Below are positions 12,155-23,859 of a stretch of DNA of 64,000 bases, one piece after another; the stretch's first letter is position 1, and each line of letters begins with the position of its first letter. The position numbers were made by a program, and so were the translations under genes. This stretch comes from Narcine bancroftii. Lineage: Eukaryota. The stretch spans positions 97,402,001 through 97,466,000 of the forward strand of contig NC_091478.1 of NCBI RefSeq assembly GCF_036971445.1, given 5' to 3'. Under the pieces are notes generated by a model that was not told the origin of the DNA, made no database searches, and was given only the letters and a program-made list of their open reading frames with translations.

Positions 12155-12540
12155 CATGGATTTCAAATCTAGAACCTTTGTCAGGTATAAGAAAAATGTA
12201 GGCAGATGCCTTAAAAGTTGGGAGAAGGGGAGGAGGAGAGGAGAGGACAGAGGAAGGGCAGGGAGAGGAGCATGGGCCAACAGGTCATGGGTGGATAGAG
12301 GTGGGAGGGTAGAAAACTGAGAAGTGATGGGGGAGAGGGGAGCTCTCTGATAGGAGAAGGAAGGGAAGGGGTGTGCAGCTGGAGGACAGGCAGAGGGTTA
12401 GGTGAAGAGAGAGAATCGGGAGAGACGTTTAATGGAAGTTGGGAAAGGATGCTAATGCCACCTGGTTGGAGAGTGCCCAAGCAGAATATAAGATGTTGTT
12501 CCTCCAATTTGCAGATAGCCTCAGTTTTGATAATGGCCAG
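12155..12540 (-). mobile_element. Penelope-like element 3' fragment (GIY-YIG C-terminus plus terminal repeat)
   Basis: KLEEQHLIFCLGTLQPGGI motif in ORF 12211..12630(-), followed by pyrimidine-rich UTR and cctgacaaagg. Confidence 0.8.
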
Positions 12541-13759
12541 ATTTTTTGTTTTTAAATAATGTTGATGAAAAGATGAATATTGACGGAGTAACAGAGGTAA
12601 CTCGTTTACTCTTTCTTCGTTGGATTCCAATCATTTGCATGCAGCAGAAAGAAAAGAAAACCTTGGTTTGATATCCTGTAGGAAAGGCATCAGCTCTGGA
12701 TTTGCACCCTCACTTGAAACCACCATGAGGTGCCACCATTCAGTTCTTGGGAGATGCCTTTGAAAATAACCTTAAGATGTCAGAGACAATGAGTGTGAGC
12801 AGTAGCTGGCAATTAAATTTGGAGTCAGCATGTCATTGGGAAAGCAAACAAAATACCTCCATTCTTCTATTCTTCTGGCAGATTAAGAAAATAGATTGCA
12901 CAAGAGAGATAGCAAGAAAAGGAATCAAAAATAACTCAGACTGAGTGAAATTTGTTCTGGCATTTCATGACTGACCAAAGATAGGCAATATACAATGACA
13001 AATCAAGCTACTCAGTTTAGCTGAGAGGCTTTTAACATCTTCAAAGCATCAGGGACAAAGCCATACAGTCATTAGGTTTGCTGGAAACTCTATGGTTTCC
13101 TCTTCCTTCCTTCTGCCTTTTTTCATTAAGATTAAATCCTGTTAAAATGTCTTGAAGCTTCCTCGCTGCTCCTCTCCTTCTGAATGTCAGGCCATCTCTT
13201 GTTTGGCAAGACTTTCATTCCATTTAGAGTGAACGTCGTGCATTTTGTGATGAATGGAATCTTATCCGCAGCCTGTTTTGCTGATCATTGCTGCACTGCC
13301 GTCTCTCTCTTCTGAAAAGTTCAATGATATTCATGCAAAGTCATCTATCATATAAATTAATGTGTTTCAATCGCTAATTAAGGCTGCCAATTCAAATTAA
13401 ACAGGTTAGTGTTCAAGAGAAGAGGAGAACAAGCATGTAAAACAGGGGATATGCTAACTCCTCTCTGAGATAATGGAAAAATGTAACTCCCTCCTAAACC
13501 AATAATATGGATATGATAAAGTTTTTAAAAAATGTTATCCAATTGCCTAATTAGACATGAGTGACAGGCAGTAGTTAAATTATTAAATTGCAAATGTGGT
13601 ATTGTGTAGCATTTTCAATCTGGCCGATTCCATTGAATGAATAATTGGGAGAATCGTGGGACATTGTCCATTTCATCTCACCACATCAGTGGACAGAAAC
13701 CTTCAATGTCTCGAAACTTTACAGCTCCTGTTGTTTTAATTCACAGCCATCATGGCAGT

Positions 13760-13895
13760 TACTGACAAAGGGCTCAGGCCCAAAACACTGACCCCCTTTT
13801 GCTTCCTATACTGTAAATGCTGCGTGACCTGCTGAGTTCCTCCAGTACTTTTGTGTACTGCATTAGAGCCCAGCGCCTGCAAACTTCGTTTACCT
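13760..13895 (+). mobile_element. Penelope-like terminal repeat fragment
   Basis: ctgacaaagggctcaggcccaaaac...tgacctgctgagttcctccag. Confidence 0.7.
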
Positions 13896-14547
13896 CCATG
13901 GCATATACAAAATTTAAGTTAATTATTAATCAACGGGAATGAGTATCAACAGTTTCTGTGTAGGTGTCTACATCAGACGAGGCAGCTTGATCCTTTGTAC
14001 TCATTTTCCTTCATTCTATTTTTTCTTCCTTTTTTTTAAAGAGTGGTGTTGGAGTGTAGCAGTTTTTAAGGGCATGCCTTTGAAATGCACGCAAAAGAAA
14101 ACTTTTCAATTTATCTCAGTACTAATGACAATGATAAATAATTCAAATCCAATTAAATGTCAGGCTTGAAAACATAATCTATTCATTAGTAAACAATAAC
14201 AGCAAAATGATTGCCCTGTCATTAAAAAAATCTATTTTACGAATATCCTTCAGGGGAGCAAATATTCAGGTAGTCCCCAACATACGTCCATGTTCCGTTC
14301 TGGATGACCAGATGCATCTTGGAATGGATGTATGTCAGAATTGACAGTACCTGCGATACTGAAGAGTAAAACAATCAATTTCCTTCCATTCTCTATCTCC
14401 GAATCCTTCTCATTCTTGCTGTTACTGAAGACCCTGAACACCCTGCGGACTCTACTGGACTCTAAAATCTGTCTGACCGTCAGAACATTGAGCAACAGAA
14501 TCAGAAAAAAAACAGGACTCAAGGAGTTCAAATGCAATGAAATGTCT

Positions 14548-14662
14548 CAACATGGCAGCCACCAAGGCCAGTACTCGTGAGAGGTTGACACCAGCCAACA
14601 TGGCAGCCACCAAGGCCAGCTCTCACAAGAGGTTGGACATCAGCCAACATAGCGGCCACCAT
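14548..14662. repeat. 48-49-bp tandem repeat, about 2.4 copies
   Basis: caacatggcagccaccaaggccag at 14548 and 14596; caacatagcggccacc at 14645. Confidence 0.85.
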
Positions 14663-15044
14663 AGAGAGGCCCTAATCTCACCATAATAATGTAATTTTAA
14701 TATTTTTTATTTATTTTTAAAATTTTTTGGTTGTATGTCAGATAGACATGTCACAGGTCGCAAATCAGGGAGTACCAGTATTGTCTTTACCTGGTCTGCC
14801 AGCACACACACAAAAACTGCAATGGTGAAATTAGTAATCAATTCCATGATGATTAGGAGTAAACAATAAATGATGATGTAGTCCTTTAAAATAATTTTTT
14901 TTCCCCCAAGTTCATTTAAGAAAGGAAAAGGAGCAAAGTGTCAGAGGTCCTATCATCAGTGGAACTTTCAGGAAATGTTAATGTCCTAAAGTTTCAGTTT
15001 GGGTTGCAATATATCATCTAGGTAAATGGTAACACATATCAGGA

Positions 15045-16190
15045 GAAGTTGCAGAAGGTGCTGAATGTAGCTTATAACATTACTCAAACCTCCTTCCCCT
15101 CCATCGGCTCCATCTATACCTCCCGCTTCCTAGCAAAGGCAGCCTACATACTGAAGGACCCATCCCACCTCTGGCACACTCTTTTCCCTCCTTTCATTGG
15201 GAAGAAGGTTCAAGAGCACGAAACAAGAAGATTCAAAGACAGTTTCTTCTCCGCAGCCATCAGACACCTTTACATTTACTTTTTATGTTGTCTGAGAGTC
15301 AACAAAATGGGAGACAGTGGAAGCCTCAAATAAAAATATAAAATACTAGAAACACTCAATAGGTCAGGCAGTATCTGATGAGATGGAAATATACAGTGGA
15401 TGCCTGATCATTGATTTTTAGTTTTCATTTAATATCTCCTAATGTGGCTCAGTGTCATATTTTACTTATTAATACTCCTGGTGACATTTTACTAGGTTAA
15501 AACATTTCATAAATATACACTATTGTTGTACCATTCATTCATTCTATCAAGTGTAAAAAATTAGAGTTTTTAATTATTCTGCAAACCATATTTTGTACAG
15601 ACACTAGGCCGAAGAGCCTGTTCTTGTCTGCACTGTTCTATCTTCTGTCCTGTATCATGAATAAATGGCATCAGAATAAATATTTTGCTTAAAGTAATGG
15701 GGAATCTTTAAAAAAAAACAAATAAAATTCTGATATGTCCCTATCACATAGTTGCAAAACAGCATTGCCACTTTGTTCAAACAAAGGGAAGCTTGAGGAA
15801 CTCACTGGCTTGGGTTATTGTCTCAGGTAGGCAACAAACAACATAAAGGACCCCCAATGCCCTGGGTACAACATCTTCGCACTGCTCCCATTAGGCAGAA
15901 GCCTAAAGTCCAACACCTCTAGGTTCAAGAACAGTTATTTTAACAACAACCCCGTACTACCCTAACCCTAACCATAAACCACCTCGGGACCACCAAAAGA
16001 TATACCTGCATGATTGAAAAATTGCTACAGTATTTATATATTTATCTTTTTACATTCATGATCTCTTTTTCTGTCGAGACATATTGTGGTCTATTGTAGC
16101 TGGTGTATCTTGAGTACCTGTGTGGCTGCAGCAAGTAAAGAGTTCAGGGCATCTGTAGATTGTTCTTGTATATATGACAATAAAATCTTA
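15045..16190 (+). mobile_element. Two Rex1/Babar 3' fragments (about 15045-15270 and 15770-16190)
   Basis: LQKVLNVAYNI..KAAYILKDPSH..RFKDSFFSAAIR; second copy ends atgacaataaaatcttatcttg. Confidence 0.75.
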
Positions 16191-16934
16191 TCTTGACGAG
16201 ACGCCAGAAAGGGACATGATCTGAAACGTTAACTGATCATTTTCATGTACAGATGTTCCCTGACCTGCTGAGTCCCGTCGGTATTCTTCGCTCAAGATTC
16301 CCACGCCTGCAGTGTTCTGTGTTTCTCTGTTGCCACCTTGTTGTGCCGTGCTCTCCGCATTCCCAGTTGCTGTGCACACATACACAGAACATAGTTGTTT
16401 TTCTCTTTTATCCTCATTGGTGGATAATCAGAAAAAACCTGGTAATACAAGATGAGGGTGCTGCATTATGTCAGAGATAAGGTAGGTTTCATGACAAATA
16501 TTTTTCCATTTACAGCAGGCTGACATTTAGAAGGCTCACAAATGAGGTTAGCAGCTTTCTGCTTGCAGAAGTCCTGTAGCTCACACATGTCAATGAACAC
16601 AGTGCCACAATGAAAGTCAACACAGGACAGCTGTTTAATGGAAGAATTTGTGTGTTCAAAGCAATATCTATTTATTTTCAGGTGAAGAATGAAATGAGCT
16701 TTCTGTATGCAGCCAACTATTTAGGTATCTTCCTCTTCTAAATTAGCATTCGCCTCACACAGAAATGTTGGGTGAGGTTTAATTATTTTCAGTCATATTA
16801 CTGTATATCCTGATATTATCTTTAAATATACAAACATATTTAGGTTTAGAAACTAATATTACCCAGAATGGACATTCCATCAACCCGGTGCACCAAGAAT
16901 GTAATGTGCAGTGTTGACAAAATATCCTGTCGAT

Positions 16935-17480
16935 CAGGTTTATTATCATCTGACTGTAAATACACAACCAGACTAAACAACAGTTCTCTCGAACATGGTG
17001 CACACACAGTACACGGCACCCAATAATCACATGAATAAAGAAATTACATAAAACAAATAAATAAATAAATAGATGGATATTTTGGAATGATTGTATCAGT
17101 CACAAGATACCATTCATCAATCTCACAGCCTGGGGGAAGAAGCTCATCCCCAGCCTGGTAGTCCTGACATTGATGCTTCTGTACCTCCTCCTTGATGGTA
17201 ATGGGTCAAAGGTACTGTGTGCTGGATGGAAAGGGTCCTCGATAATTCTTTGAGCCCTATTTAAGCAACGATCCCAGTGAAATCCATCAATAGAGAAAAG
17301 GGACACCCCCAGTGATCTTCTCGGCTCTTTTAATGATCTTCTGTATTGACTTCCGGCCAATGCTTTGCAGCTACTGTCCCACACAATGATGCAGTCAGAC
17401 AGGACCCTCTCAATTGTGTTCTTGCAAAATCTTGTCATGATAGGGGCCAGTAGCATTGTCCTACTCAATCTCCCCAACAG
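16935..17480 (-). mobile_element. Rex1/Babar 3' fragment
   Basis: FCKNTIERVLSDCIIVW..RAQRIIEDPFHPAHSTFDPLPSRRRYRSI..SFFPQAVRLMN. Confidence 0.85.
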
Positions 17481-17594
17481 AGCCCCCCTAAGCTTGGTAT
17501 ATTGTGTACCGTAGTTTTTTTTTAGTGCTGCCTGCTCTCTCCCGCGGCCCACTGTCTCACTCTGTCCCACTCTGCCTCCCCTTAGTTGCTTAGG

Positions 17595-17652
17595 CCTAAC
17601 CCTAACACTAATCCAAACACTAACGTGAATCCTAACCTTAACCCTAACCCTA
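17595..17652. repeat. Degenerate (CCCTAA)n telomere-like stretch
   Basis: cctaaccctaacactaatccaaacactaacgtgaatcctaaccttaaccctaacccta. Confidence 0.6.
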
Positions 17653-18424
17653 GGTCTGTCAGATTGTGAGGGCAATGCCGTGAACGCAATCTGAGATATC
17701 CTAGCACCAGGGTATCATTCAGGATATTCAATCTCTTCCACGGAGCTTCTTATCAGTCATCCTAACTATGGAACCCCTATCACTCCAGGTCGCCTCTTCT
17801 CCCTTTTTTAGCCACAGACTCTATGCCAGAGACCTGATCGCTATGGCCTGTCCCTGGAAGGTCATCCCCTGCAACAGTATCCAAAATATACCCAAAATAA
17901 GTTTTCCAATCTCAGCCAAGAGCCTTTCCAACTGACAGAAATTTCACTTTATGGATAAGTCTCGGAATCCTCAACTTTTGCTTCTCCCAACTGTCCCATG
18001 ATTCTGAAAGTGAAAGTGAATCATTCTCCTGGTCAGAGGGTGTGGGTCTGGATTGGAGTTAAACAAGAATGTTTAGCAGATGCCGGGGTCCAGTGCAATA
18101 CACAAATGAGATGGTAAAACTCAGCAGATCACGCAGTGTCTATAGGAAGTAAACGATAAGTAAGGTATCAGGCCTGGGTCCTTTGAAAGGTTGATGTGTC
18201 TGGTTATCTGTGGAACAGCAGACTTCAGGTCCCAATAGGTCCCAAACTAGAGATTTTCAACCTGTGCTAAAACTCTAATGGTTCCATCCTCTCGTGATTT
18301 TACCTAATACCAGCATCTATCTCCATCCTATCCCAGAACTTACGCCTTTATTCATTCCACCTACCCCCCTTCTTTTAGCTTTATTGACTTCTAACCTCAT
18401 CTTAAATCCCTGACTTTAATTGTT

Positions 18425-18918
18425 CACTTTTAAACCATTCATTCAATAACGTATTTTCAGAAGTTATGCATGTGGTATAAAAAAATCCCCCCTCCCTCCT
18501 TCCCACTCCTCCCCCGCAAAACCCCCCAAAAACTAAAAATAAAAAAAACCTAAAGGACTGGAAAATATCAAGAAAATAAATTGTATAAAGATTTTAATAA
18601 TATAGTGGTTCCGGGAGTTACCAAGAGAGGGAGTTAACTGAGAGCTTATTAAGCATTCATACCTACATCAGTAAATAGGGGCACCAAATCTTCCAAAATA
18701 CCTGATATCTATTTCATAAATTATAAGTAATCTTTTCAAGTGGTATACAGCTGTGTAGCTCTGTATTCCACCTCTCCATTCCTGAATCTATATCTGATTT
18801 CCAAGTAACAGCTATACACTTCGTAGAAACTGCTAAAGCAATTCATGCAAATTCATTTTGATACATAGTTAATTTCAATTTAGCTCTTATAATCTTAATA
18901 TTACCCAACAAAAACAGG
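18425..18918 (-). mobile_element. L1/Tx1-clade LINE 3' end
   Basis: Minus strand reads ALAVSTKCIAVTWKSDIDSGMERWNTELHSCIPLEKITYNL, then a G/T-rich 3' UTR. Confidence 0.8.
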
Positions 18919-19685
18919 TAGTAGTGTCTCCACATACACATGCACACTCTATACCAGGGGTGTCAAACTCAAATTCACAGAGGGCCAAAATTAAAAACTT
19001 GGACTAAGTCGAGGGCCGAACTAAATATTTATTGAAAATTTTCAACAACATCTGCATGTTTTCTCTTCTTTCAACATATGTAATGTTAAACTTTTTCTTA
19101 TTAAAATAAATGTTTAATAATAGTTTTGGATAAACTCTTTCCAGAAGCATTAACAAATGAGAAATAAAATATTCAATAAATAATATTTCTCTATAGAGGA
19201 TTTGTCAAAAGTTACTAGTGTGCTGTCGAATAGTAAAATCTGAGGGCTATTGAGAATGTGGGAGAATAACATGATTCCTGAAACAATCAAATGGGTGACT
19301 GATTGTGGGCATGAACTCTTGCAGGGTTATTTGCCATGCCCTTTTTCCATTGGTACAGATATCCTTTGATTTACACACTTTTCAAGTTTATGCCTAATGA
19401 GCTTGTATCCAGATGCAGGACCATTTTTAACCAGGAATATATTTATCACTGTGACATGAAACTATTGGAAGATTGTTTTATTCTGAGATTAAAGTTCATA
19501 ATACTTACTCAGGCCTGTGTGCGGGAGGGCGGGGTTTGCGGGCGATCGGGTTGGACAACGACAGTGCGGGGGCATCGGCTCTCGCTGCAGGGCGGCATCT
19601 CGGCGGATCAGCGGCCCCGTCACCATAAGTCGTGGGTCGGCCTGCGGCAGGGAGGGGGAGTGGGCAATGGTCCTGGCGAGGTCAG

Positions 19686-20070
19686 GCCCCCCCTGAGTTT
19701 CTGCCGGACCCCCCTTGACCTGCTGAGTTTCTCCTGGACCCCCTTTGACCTGCTGAGTTTCTGCCCGACCCCCCTTGACCTGCTGAGTTTCTCCCAGACC
19801 CCCCTTGACCTGCTGAGTTTCTCCCGGACCCCCCTTGACCTGCTGAGTTTCTCCCGGACCTCCCTTGACCTGCTGAGTTTCTCCCGGACCCCCCTTGACC
19901 TGCTGAGTTTCTCCTGAACCCCCCTTGACCTGCTGAGTTTCTCCCGGACCCCTCCCCCTTGACCTGCTGAGTTTCTCTCGGACCCCCCTTTGACCTGCTG
20001 AGTTTCTCCCGGACCTCCCTTGACCTGCTGAGTTTCTCCCGGACCCCCTTTGACCTGCTGAGTTTCTCCC
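19686..20070. repeat. 30-bp minisatellite, 13 copies
   Basis: Unit ccccttgacctgctgagtttctcccggacc; ctgagtttct occurs 13 times. Confidence 0.97.
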
Positions 20071-20295
20071 TTCTGGTGTTTTTACGAGAACCACAGACTT
20101 TCGCTCATACATTGATGAGGGGGATCAAGGGCCAAACATTGTCAGGTACCTCTCTGCTGGATAAAGGATACGGTTTAACCCGCCGAGTTTCTCCAGTGTT
20201 GGGTTTTCACGAGGTAGAGTCAAAGGGCCGAAGGGCCTGTTTCTGATCTGTAATGTTCTACGGACCCTGCTCTTCTTTCCATGCCGGTGTCCCAG

Positions 20296-20361
20296 GACCT
20301 TTCCTGGGCAGTCTCCGCGCTCAGGACCGCGCTGGGATCCCGGTCAGTGGTGGAGGAGCAG
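20296..20361 (+). other. Exon-like 66-nt segment inside the hAT cargo (DLSWAVSALRTALGSRSVVEEQ)
   Basis: Pyrimidine-rich acceptor ctgctcttctttccatgccggtgtcccag, donor cag/gtgagt, phase 0-0 and open frame. Confidence 0.35.
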
Positions 20362-22344
20362 GTGAGTGCAGCTAATCCTGATCCAGCCCACACCACTCCT
20401 GAGATTGGCGGGGGGGGGTTCCACCCTACCTGCCCGACCAGCCTCGCTCTCCACGTGTACTCCGGGCACCCGCCGTTGGTCCGGTGGGAAGACGCAGGGT
20501 GGCCGGCGCCCCCATCGCCTGGCGGGGAACCCCAATCTTCCCTCTGGCGTCCCGACTCCATCTGCAGCTCCAAGAAACGCTGTGCCACTGGGGTTCCGGG
20601 CGCTGGGAAGCGGCCTTGGCTTCCCCTGACACCGGCCAGGCCGTGCTGCGGTGGGGGGGTGGGCGGGGGGACTTGACAGCGTGTTTATAAAACCACCCAC
20701 CACTACTTTTCAAGGACCAGGATTTTTCTCTCTCTCTCTCTCACCCTGGGAAACAACGGTTACTGTGCATGCGCTATACTGGCACGGCGGCCAGCGGGCC
20801 ACCTCTAATACATTTTTGATTTGATCTTGCGGGCCAAATATAATTATATCTGGCCCGCGGGCCAGAGTTTGACATGTGTGCTCTATACACAGCACCTAGT
20901 AAACACACGTACTGTATATACATACAGGTGGATTTTAAAAATAACATGTATATAAACATGTTGGAATTTACACAGATACTTCATATCTTGCAGTTTATTT
21001 TGCAGTGTCTTTTGACTTATACATCAAAAGAGGAAGGTATAATTTAAAATTTTGCATATGGTCTGTTGAATTTGTAATGGAGATATACAGAATCAGAATG
21101 ATTTTGTTAAGTATTGTTTATCTTGCAAGTAATTCTTCCATTGTTATCAGCAAAACAGATTTCATTTCTACAGTGTCTTTCAAGTTGTTCCAAATCATCT
21201 CCAAACTAATAAAGTGCATTTCACTCAAAATGACTTGTGTAATATAAGAAATGGAATAGTTAGTCTCAGTCATGGTTAATCTGTGCAGAAGTGTTACAAA
21301 ATTCAAGATTCTTTATTGTCATCTACTAATGCATAATATGTAGTAATCCACAAAGAATCACAGTGCCAATCGGATGTAGATCAAAGGGGGTAGCTCAGTA
21401 TTGTGCATGACAACTCAACACCTTGTTGGCCTGAACTACATTTTGCCTTTTCAACAAGAAGCAGCTCTGTGTTGGCTGGTTGGGATCCATGATGATCTAT
21501 TTGGCTTTGAACTCCATGGATCTCAGTCATGGAGTGGTGTTGGCTGAGGCAGTAAAGAACTGAGTGAGGTCTGCACTCTGGCCAATGACTCAGGTTTATG
21601 CCCCATTCTGAACACTGAAGCAAGCTGACTCAAAGGAGTCAGCCAAAGATAATAGCCCAAATATGGAAATTCCCTCAGAACAGCCCTGGCAGAGTTAAAT
21701 TAGTTTACTCTCTCATGGTCCAAGATGCAGTGGAAAGCTTAGTTCAGGTATGGCAAAACAATAAACAATGACCACTCTTTGGCACCATTTTGGATTCAAA
21801 AATTCCCAGAAAACCAGATGGTAAAGTAGAGTAATGTGGTTAATCTTGAGAAACCAAAAACTTGAGCAAACAGCAAGGAGCTGGTGCAAGACTCAGTGGG
21901 TCTGGCAGCGTCTGTGGGGCTAAATGGCCAATTAAGTTTCAGGTCGGGACCTTTTATGGTGATTAAACCTGACAAGGGTCAAACTGAGATTCGAGCATTG
22001 TGACATAAGGGAACAATCAGATTCAGTTCCTGTGGCCACCTGCTATTCCAGGAGCTACTTGGTCCTCAGAATATGGATGGGAATCAGGCACAAAGAGTCA
22101 TTCCGTGCCGTCAGCCACTGTCTTGGGATGAATAATGTCTGTGTCCACCATTATTGTCGTGGATCTGGGAACTACGAGAGTAGCAATCACACTCTCCCTG
22201 GATATGCCACAATGACAGAGTGAGTTGGATTTATAAGCTCAAATCATTAGTGCTTGGCTTGAATCTGAGATTGTCTTGCTCAGACTAAGCTCTTGTACTG
22301 CAGATCAGGATTATGCAGAGTTTGCAGATGTCACTGCTGTCAGA

Positions 22345-23345
22345 TTTGTGTTAATCTTTAAATTAATGTTAAACTCTATTTTATAAAAAATGTCTGAGTA
22401 AAGTAAATTATAGTTAAAATATTGTATCTGTATTCTTAGTAAGTTAGCTGTAGGTTGGTATAGGGTCGCACACAGGCCACAGCACATTTATAGGGAACCA
22501 TTGTTTTCTAAGAAGAATATTCATTCTTGGAATCGATGCATCTTGGACAGCCAAATGGATCTTAATTATTCAAGGAAGCCATTTGTTTTTAATAAAAACA
22601 ACTTAAGTCTCTTAAATAGAGATGAGGTCAGAGGTTGTTATGGATATGGAATAATTTTGAAAAAGGAACAGAATTTTGTTAGAAATAAAACTGATGGTCA
22701 TGTGGTTTCCAAGAATTGGGACTCACTTTGGTGATGATATACAGTCACATGATTTGGAGAACTATATCCCCGAATTCAGACATTTTGAGTTCCGTTTTGG
22801 AAGAGTTCAGTTTGGAGAGCACTGAAGTCAAAACCCCTGTGACACAGGAGTTGAAAACTTGTTAAAGGCAGGGTTAAGTTACAGTAACCAGAATTGGTGG
22901 TGTTTGTCCTGAGACAAGGGGAAGACTGAATCAGTGGCTTTTTAAATAAGGAAATCTACTTCACTATCTGTTTGGAAAAGAGGAAAGATTTATATCGGGT
23001 CTATTTTTGTACATCTACTTCATTTAACCCTTGTCTGGGTTTGTGAATTCATTATGGAAGGAAATAGCCACATTGTGAGTAAAGAAGCCTGAAAATATGA
23101 TGTTTAAAAACGCTTTATAATTATTTTGGAACTGAGAATTTAAGACCTTCAAGCAAGACTAAAATGATGCTGAACATTTAAAGATTGATTTATCAGAGTG
23201 AGACTTTAATTATACACACACACACATTTGTGCATAGTGGGGTAAGTTTAGAGATAAGTAAGAAATGTAATGTTGTTAATAGTTTAATTAAAAAACTATT
23301 ATTTTGAATTGACCATTGTCTGGTGAATTTTCCATTGCTATTTTT
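22345..23345 (+). mobile_element. Solo LTR-like repeat (related to 50674-51645)
   Basis: 3' part taattaaaaaactattattttgaattgaccattgtctggtgaattttccattgct aligns with the reverse complement of 50700-50765. Confidence 0.6.
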
Positions 23346-23859
23346 GCTTTAGTCTCTTTAGTCCCAAAAATGAGGGTTGTTAATTTGTAATACTGCAGGC
23401 TCATATTTTCCAAACTCTAGTTGCTATTAATGGCTTTCAACATTATTTCAGGTGCATTTAAGAACAACCTTTTGAAAACTGAGTCATTTTTCGGCTTGAA
23501 TTACTATTCCTCTCCCTCAAGTACCAGCAAACCTGGACGTTTCATGATTATCATTACCGGTACTATTTTGTTCTCAAATTCAAAATGTACTTAATAATTT
23601 GAATTTAAACAGCTCGTGCCTCTGGGGAGTTTCAAGTGTATATTTTTGGATCAATAATGCTTCCTCTGGGCACTAGTTTGAGAAGTTAACCAGTCCACCA
23701 CAATGCCATGCAGTGCTAAGTTATTGATCCCCGCTGGGTCACGAGCAAGAAGGAAAAGTAAAGCGATCCAGGATTCTCGCTACTGAATCCTATTTTTGGA
23801 AGATGGACACTGAGTGAAACTAGAAGTAGAATTTAACTAATGGCTCCCCAGCATCAAAC

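Larger units (their letters stand above)
18955..20880. mobile_element. Non-autonomous hAT (Charlie-like) DNA transposon carrying internal cargo
   Basis: Perfect 8-bp TSD ctctatac (18947-18954 and 20881-20888); TIRs caggggtgtcaaactc / gagtttgacatgtgtg; subterminal GGGCC motifs; no transposase. Confidence 0.92.

Noticed and set aside
19686-20070. CRISPR-like array of 30-bp repeats; repetitive ORFs (GETQQVKGGP)n and (SRTPLDLLSF)n
   Set aside because: Units are contiguous with no unique spacers, there are no cas genes, and the context is eukaryotic; the ORFs arise only because the unit is 30 bp and stop-free
21624-21643. 8-bp stem hairpin gctgactc-aaag-gagtcagc
   Set aside because: Short enough to occur by chance in 64 kb; no supporting context
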